Positions 58,148-64,000 of a DNA stretch of 64,000 nucleotides are shown in pieces (within the stretch, counting starts at the first letter, position 1; each line of letters starts with the position of its first letter). The notes under the pieces were generated by a model. That model did no database searches and was not told the origin of the DNA. It saw only the letters and a program-made list of their open reading frames with translations. This stretch comes from Eledone cirrhosa (taxonomy: Eukaryota). The DNA lies in assembly GCA_964016885.1 (NCBI GenBank), contig OZ024745.1, positions 19,406,001 through 19,470,000 of the forward strand. The letters run 5' to 3'. Position numbers and translations under genes: made by a program.

Positions 58148-58639
58148 GCACAAGATGATTTTCTCAGCCCCCCCCCCCCAAAAAAAAACAGAAAAGGAAG
58201 GGAAAGGCAATGGCTCTGGGATCATAGAAGAATGGGATGAGGGGGTGATGGGTCATAGGACTAGAGTGCGGTGGTCTTGGGGTTGTAAAAATATGTGTTG
58301 GTAGCTGAGTTTGCAGTAAGAACACAATTTGGAGTTTTTATTCTCCTAGACTCTAGGAGAATAAAACTCCAAATTGAAACAACCCACAATCTTTAGGGTA
58401 AGACAGTGGCATAAAATTGCTACCACTGACAGATCTCCAATGTTGTGAGTGTTAAGGAAAGTAGAAGGATATCCTATATCCTGGGTGAAATATCGGTGGG
58501 AAACCATGCAGACGTTTTCTTGCTACATTTCTGGCAACTCTAGCATCCAGAACGGTTTAAAAAGATTTTATTTTTAAAATATCTGAAACGAGATCGAGGT
58601 CACGTGTGGTGTAGTAGATCGCGTCTAATGTAAATTGTC

Positions 58640-59230
58640 CATGTCTGATGTAGAAATATCCATGTTTCATGTAGAAAACTCCGTTTGATGTAGAAGTATC
58701 CATGTCTGATATTGAAGTGTTTGTGTCTGATGTAGAAGTGTTTGTGTCTGATGTAGAAGTGCTTGTGTCTGATGTAGAAGTGCTTGTGTCTGATATAGAA
58801 GTGTCCGTGTCTGATGTAGAAGTGTCCGTGTCTGATGTAGAAGTGCTTGTGTCTGATATAGAAGTGTCCGTGTCTGATATAGAAGTGTCCGTGTCTGATA
58901 TAGAAGTGTCCGTGTCTGATATAGAAGTGTCCGTGTCTGATATAGAAGTGTCCGTGTCTGATATAGAAGTGTCCGTGTCTGATATAGAAGTGTCCGTGTC
59001 TGATATAGAAGTGTCCGTGTCTGATATAGAAGTGTCCGTGTCTGATATAGAAGTGTCCGTGTCTGATATAGAAGTGTCCGTGTCTGATATAGAAGTGTCC
59101 GTGTCTGATATAGAAGTGTCCGTGTCTGATATAGAAGTGTCCGTGTCTGATATAGAAGTGTCCGAGTCTGATATAGAAGTGTCCGAGTCTGATATAGAAG
59201 TGTCCGAGTCTGATATAGAAGTGTCCGAGT
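58640..59230. repeat. 21-bp minisatellite, ~28 copies
   Basis: GTGTCTGATATAGAAGTGTCC; divergence increases leftward; abuts a SINE tail at 59231. Confidence 0.95.
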
Positions 59231-61194
59231 CGATAAAATAAAGTACCAGTAATGTACTGATTAATTGCTGGCCTTGTGCCAAAAGTAGAAACAATTATAA
59301 TTTTATGTAAGAACTTTTGTTAAGTTCCTCAAACCAGCTTATTAACAAAAGCGTAATACTAAATTCTTCAAAGTTCTTGATTATTTTAAAAATTATTTTA
59401 AAATAAGGCACCGTATATTACTTAAAATATGGTAAGGAAAGGGTTTTGAAGACGAAAATCTTCTTAAAATAAGGAAATTAACGAAGCAAGAATAAAGGTT
59501 AGAAGCTTACCCCAAGAGTATCAAGTTGATATCAGCACCACTAACCTAGTTAGTAGTGTGATAGAATGTTCACACACATAACTGTAGCATCAGTGAAATT
59601 CTATCCTGAAAGAGTTAAAGTGTGTCTTGTTTAGCAGGAAAAGAACGTTAAGTGTTTATGTCATTAGGTGCTTTTCTACAACATACTATATACTACAAAC
59701 TTGACATGAGCATTGAAGCTTTTATTATTGTTTAGGATGGCCAGTGGATTGGCAGTATCGGTAGAGGGTCGGACGCCATGCTTTGACGCATAGAGTTACG
59801 GCCCTTGCCATTCTGAGTTCAAATCCCGCCGAGGTTAACTTTGCCTTTCATCCTTATGGGGTCGATAAAATAAAGTACCAGTAATACACTGGGTAATTGC
59901 TGGCCTTGTGCCAAAAGTAGAAACAATTATTGTTTAGGATACAGCTCCGCTCTGATTAAACAAACCTTTCATCAAGGATTATCTTGCCCAAAATATCCTT
60001 AGATTTTTAAGGCGCTAGGTCTAATTTGACGGATTTTTGACTGCTATTTCTTACAGCTCGAATTATCGAATAGAGACCCTTTCATTATCAAATGATAGTT
60101 TTAGTTGTAGTTTAACTTCAAATCGATCACACTCATGATTTCACTTCATGTTAATCTGTTGATTTCGAGGTGAGGGTGAAAGTTTTTATTTGAAAAAATG
60201 GGCGAAAAGTTAAAGTTTTGTGAATCACCCCCCACCACACATACAATTAAAAGGGAAGGGGGAAAGTTGATTAAATCCTCGTCGGTGGTTTCATTTTATC
60301 GACCCCATAAGAATGAAAGGTAAAGCTTAACCTCGGCGGGATTTGAACTCAGAACGTTAACTACACATCGCAGAGCATGTTGTTCGGCGCTCTACCGATA
60401 CAGCCGATCCAACGCCCTCCCAACACACAAATAACACACGAATGTAATTGGATTGGCAGTATCGGTAGAGGGTCGGACGCCATGCTTTCTAGCATAGTTA
60501 CGTCCCTTTACGATCTGAGTTCAAATCCCGCCGAGGTTGACTTTGGATGAAAGCATCCTTACGGGGTCGATAAAATAAAGTACCAGTAATGCACTGGATA
60601 AATGCTGGCCTTGTGCCTAAAGTAAAAACAATTATTTATAAAAAAATATACGGCTTTGATACTTTGAACAAAGCTTCTTTACAGTGTGTAGCCAACATAC
60701 TGTCCGAAAAACATTTCATTTTATTTGTAGAAAGATAAATGCTTTCACATTTTTACTTTGGAAAGTTTCAGTTCTATAGGTCCCTGCAGTGCTGGATTTA
60801 CCTATAAACTAAATAAGATATGGCTTAGGACCACAACCCTTCGGGGCCCTCATTTTAGAAAATATATTGAAAAACTTTTTCACCCGAATTTATTTAGAGA
60901 AGGGTCTCAAATTCCATATAGCTTAGGGTCTCAGCAGGTGAAAGTCCCTCCCCCCTGGGTCTCAGACCGCTTGGGAAATACTCCAAGTTTCAGTTTAAGG
61001 GAGCCGTGGAAATGAAGACGTACTTTATCTTCTGTCTATCCGTCTAGTATCCCAAGCAGAGGGTCATGGATGTTGGTTGCGCTCCCTAGGTCACTTACAT
61101 TACTCTATATTTGCTATAGTATTTTCATGGTAAAGGCTTTACCTCACATAATTATTTCACATGATATCGAATTTATGGGATTTTGGTATCATTT

Positions 61195-61287
61195 ATTTTG
61201 AGAACAATACCTTAACATCAGTATGTGTGGCTGGTTACAGCCAGTTTGAACAGAAAGAGGTGAGAGAATTCTGGCCGGATATGGCCG
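61195..61287. mobile_element. piggyBac-like MITE end
   Basis: ...GGCCGGTTTAAATGTTAAAGGG-TTAA; decayed homolog at ~51200-51258. Confidence 0.5.
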
Positions 61288-62737
61288 GTTTAAATGTTAA
61301 AGGGTTAAAACAATCTAGTTCACCGAGAATTTCTCTCTATACTTCCAACTTTTCAAATAAAAGAAGGAAGGTTTCTTGGTCATGAGAACCCGGAAAAAGA
61401 AGTACATTATGGTTAAAGAGTTTTCTATCATGTCTTACTGATTACTCACGTAATGAAGGTGCGACCTGGTAGTGTGTGTGAGACAGCTCACACATATGCA
61501 GGTTTAGCTGGCCTCCTCCAAGGTATATCTCGTTGGAGGTGTCTTGGGTGATTTCATGATAGGGACCCCAGTCGTATCATCTCATTTCTACAGCTGAGTA
61601 AACTGGAGCAACGTGAAATAAAGTATCTTGCTGAAGGAAACAACATCACCCGGTCCGAGAATTGAACTCACAACCTTTCGATTGCAAGCCCAATGTTCTG
61701 TCACTAAGCCATGCGCCTTCACATCATATCATGCCTTACTGATTACTAACGTAATGAAGGTGCGACCTGGTAGTGACTCACAAACATAAAATTATGGGTT
61801 CGATACCCAGGCCAGGCGGCATACAGTGTCATCGAACAAGACATTTGATGTCATACAAGTCATATCAAATGAAAGAATGAGTGCCAGTTGTTGCTGGGAG
61901 GTTTGTATTCTCAGTCCCTTAACACATATAAAACCACAAATTCCAGCTGGATAGACCTCGCAACCTGTCACAGACTTCAATTTCACTTTAACATTTCCAG
62001 TAATTAAAAATAAAACTGACACGTTTCCAATTAGTAATCGAAATCCGATAAAATGCATAGACTACGTGACTTCAACTTTATAGGCGGAGAGGTAGTGACG
62101 TTATTGATAAGGCGTAGTAGTGCGGTACCACACTATATATATAGTAGTGTTTTACCATACTATATATATAGTAGTGTTTTACCATACTATATATATAGTA
62201 GTGTTTTACCATACTATATATATATAGTAGTGTTTTAACATTGTATATAGCTTAGTATTAGTATGTTACCATAGAGTATACTATACATCAATATTTATTA
62301 ATATTTTGAATATATATATATATATAATTATTTCTACTTTTGGCACAAGAGCAGCAATTACCACAGTGCATTACTGGTACTTTATTTTATCGGCTCCGCA
62401 AAGATGAAAGACAAAATTAACTTCGGCGGATAACACGCACAGAAGGCCATTTATCAAAAAGATTGCGTCACTTTCACTTTCGTGGTCAAACGTTGTAGAT
62501 AAGTGTCTAATGTAACCTGATATAAACAGTCTGAAGAGAGAGGATAGTGAAAGCTGGGATACTTTCCGTGAAAGGTCTGCATGGTTAGGGGCTTATCTGG
62601 GGCCAAATATCACACCGCCTCTCTCTGAACAAAAATAAAACAACTCACCCCTTCTCTCTGTCTCTGTATGAAATAACACAACACACCGCCTCTCTCTCTC
62701 TCTCCTGTGTATGAAACAACAACACTCCTTTTCTCTA

Positions 62738-62774
<37 letters not shown>

Positions 62775-63136
62775 GGGATGGACACACGCGTATAACTTGC
62801 TGAGTAAGTTCTGTTTAAATTTCTATAGAAATTCTTGTCTGATAACTTTAATTTTTGTACCATTTTGTAGAGGGACTGCCAGGTCAAACTTTGATCTGGT
62901 CAGTCTCTCAAAATATTCTACGCCTTTAGGCGAAATAGTTAAAAAAAAAGTTTTTTCTTGTTGAAAAGTCAATATTTTTTTAAATGGCCGAAGCTTCTTC
63001 ACCAAAATTCGAAGGAGGAAAGGGGAAGATGAACTTACAGCTTCCCCCTGCCACTGTCACAGTAGCAGAGGTCAAGAAGATAGGTCAGCCAGAGGAAGAA
63101 TTCTCTCCACCTGTTAACCGACAACTTGACGTTACC

Positions 63137-64000
63137 ATGGCAACAACCCAAAGAACCAACAGCAACAACAACAACAATGCGACGGTAGAAAACAACACCA
63201 ATAACAATAACAATAACAACAACAAGACCAATAACGGTGACAACAACAACAATGATAACAACAACACCACCAACGACAACAACAACACAAACAAACAAAA
63301 TTTCTCCTTCGCCGAGACGACAAGGAAAACCCTCGACTATCTGCCAGTAGATATAACAAAAGCGAAGGAGCTACTGGCGGATGCGAAAAAATATATAGTG
63401 TACGGGGAAAATGGTTCATTCACAATCCATTCCCCCCCGGAACTAAAAAGCCAGAGACTCCTAAACACGGTCATGTTTAGGACAATCTCGAACAAAAGTA
63501 AAAAACCAGCTCAACCATCACAGAGCGAGATAGAGCTGGTTTTAAAAGACGTCATGAAGGACATCACCTTCATTCAGAAGGATAGACTCTACGGGAGTCT
63601 ATCCATTCTCATGAAGGACAGGGACACAGCAGTGAAACTGTCCATCAAACCAATCACATCCACCGCATACACCTTCTACCCTACGTACATGGGTAGAAGA
63701 ACACAAAAAATAAAAATCCACACCATCCTGCCGATTATGGACATATGGTGGGTTTTGACAGGTTTTCTGGACCTGGAGGATGACATGCTGGTGTCCATGG
63801 GAAAGGCATCGGGTGACGCGTTCAGTGGAACGAGCCTCGAACTTGTAGTTCAAATGAGGCCCGAAAGGATCGCCCAGATCCCTGAACGCGTCATACTGGA
63901 TGATCTAACCTTCATCAACATTACCGTTGAGGGTAGACGGCCCTCGTGTTACCTCTGCGGAACCAGAGGTCACCTGAGGGCTGTCTGTCCCCAACTTAAT
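63137..64000 (+). CDS. ORF1 (gag-like, CCHC zinc knuckle) of an L1/Tx1-like LINE, running off the window end
   Basis: Manual translation from ATG 63137 shows no stop to 64000: Asn-rich N-terminus, FSFAETTR, EGRRPSCYLCGTRGHLRAVCP. Confidence 0.8.
   Translation, partial: MATTQRTNSNNNNNATVENNTNNNNNNNNKTNNGDNNNNDNNNTTNDNNNTNKQNFSFAETTRKTLDYLPVDITKAKELLADAKKYIVYGENGSFTIHSPPELKSQRLLNTVMFRTISNKSKKPAQPSQSEIELVLKDVMKDITFIQKDRLYGSLSILMKDRDTAVKLSIKPITSTAYTFYPTYMGRRTQKIKIHTILPIMDIWWVLTGFLDLEDDMLVSMGKASGDAFSGTSLELVVQMRPERIAQIPERVILDDLTFINITVEGRRPSCYLCGTRGHLRAVCPQLN

Noticed and set aside
58557-59294. SDTDTSI-repeat protein
   Set aside because: 21-bp minisatellite open on both strands; the ORF start lies inside a SINE tail.

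Overview
AT-rich, microsatellite-laden animal genomic DNA; the SINE families suggest a coleoid cephalopod, probably Octopus (inference). It holds one clear host gene: a minus-strand PP1 glycogen-targeting subunit (PPP1R3B/C-like, coding exon ~40709-41650). The rest is mostly mobile DNA: RTE LINEs, a CR1-type LINE, Tx1/L1-like pieces (including an open ORF1 running off the window end), a Penelope RT/GIY-YIG fragment, tRNA-derived SINEs, Helitron/hAT/mariner/piggyBac relics and several minisatellites. The most striking signal is in the first ~19 kb. Many 100-700 bp islands between (TA)n arrays are short, non-coding, mutually divergent elements sharing one design: a minimal type-I hammerhead ribozyme (CTGAnGA...GAAA...nUH, often with a palindromic loop III), an inverted fold-back copy of part of the element, and a 3' tail with a GAGTRC/GAGCAC motif upstream of the (TA)n. 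About 16 near-complete hammerhead motifs were read by eye, including a U3-A8 variant and a tandem pair. Folds and coordinates are manual and may be a few bases off; no ribozyme activity was tested.
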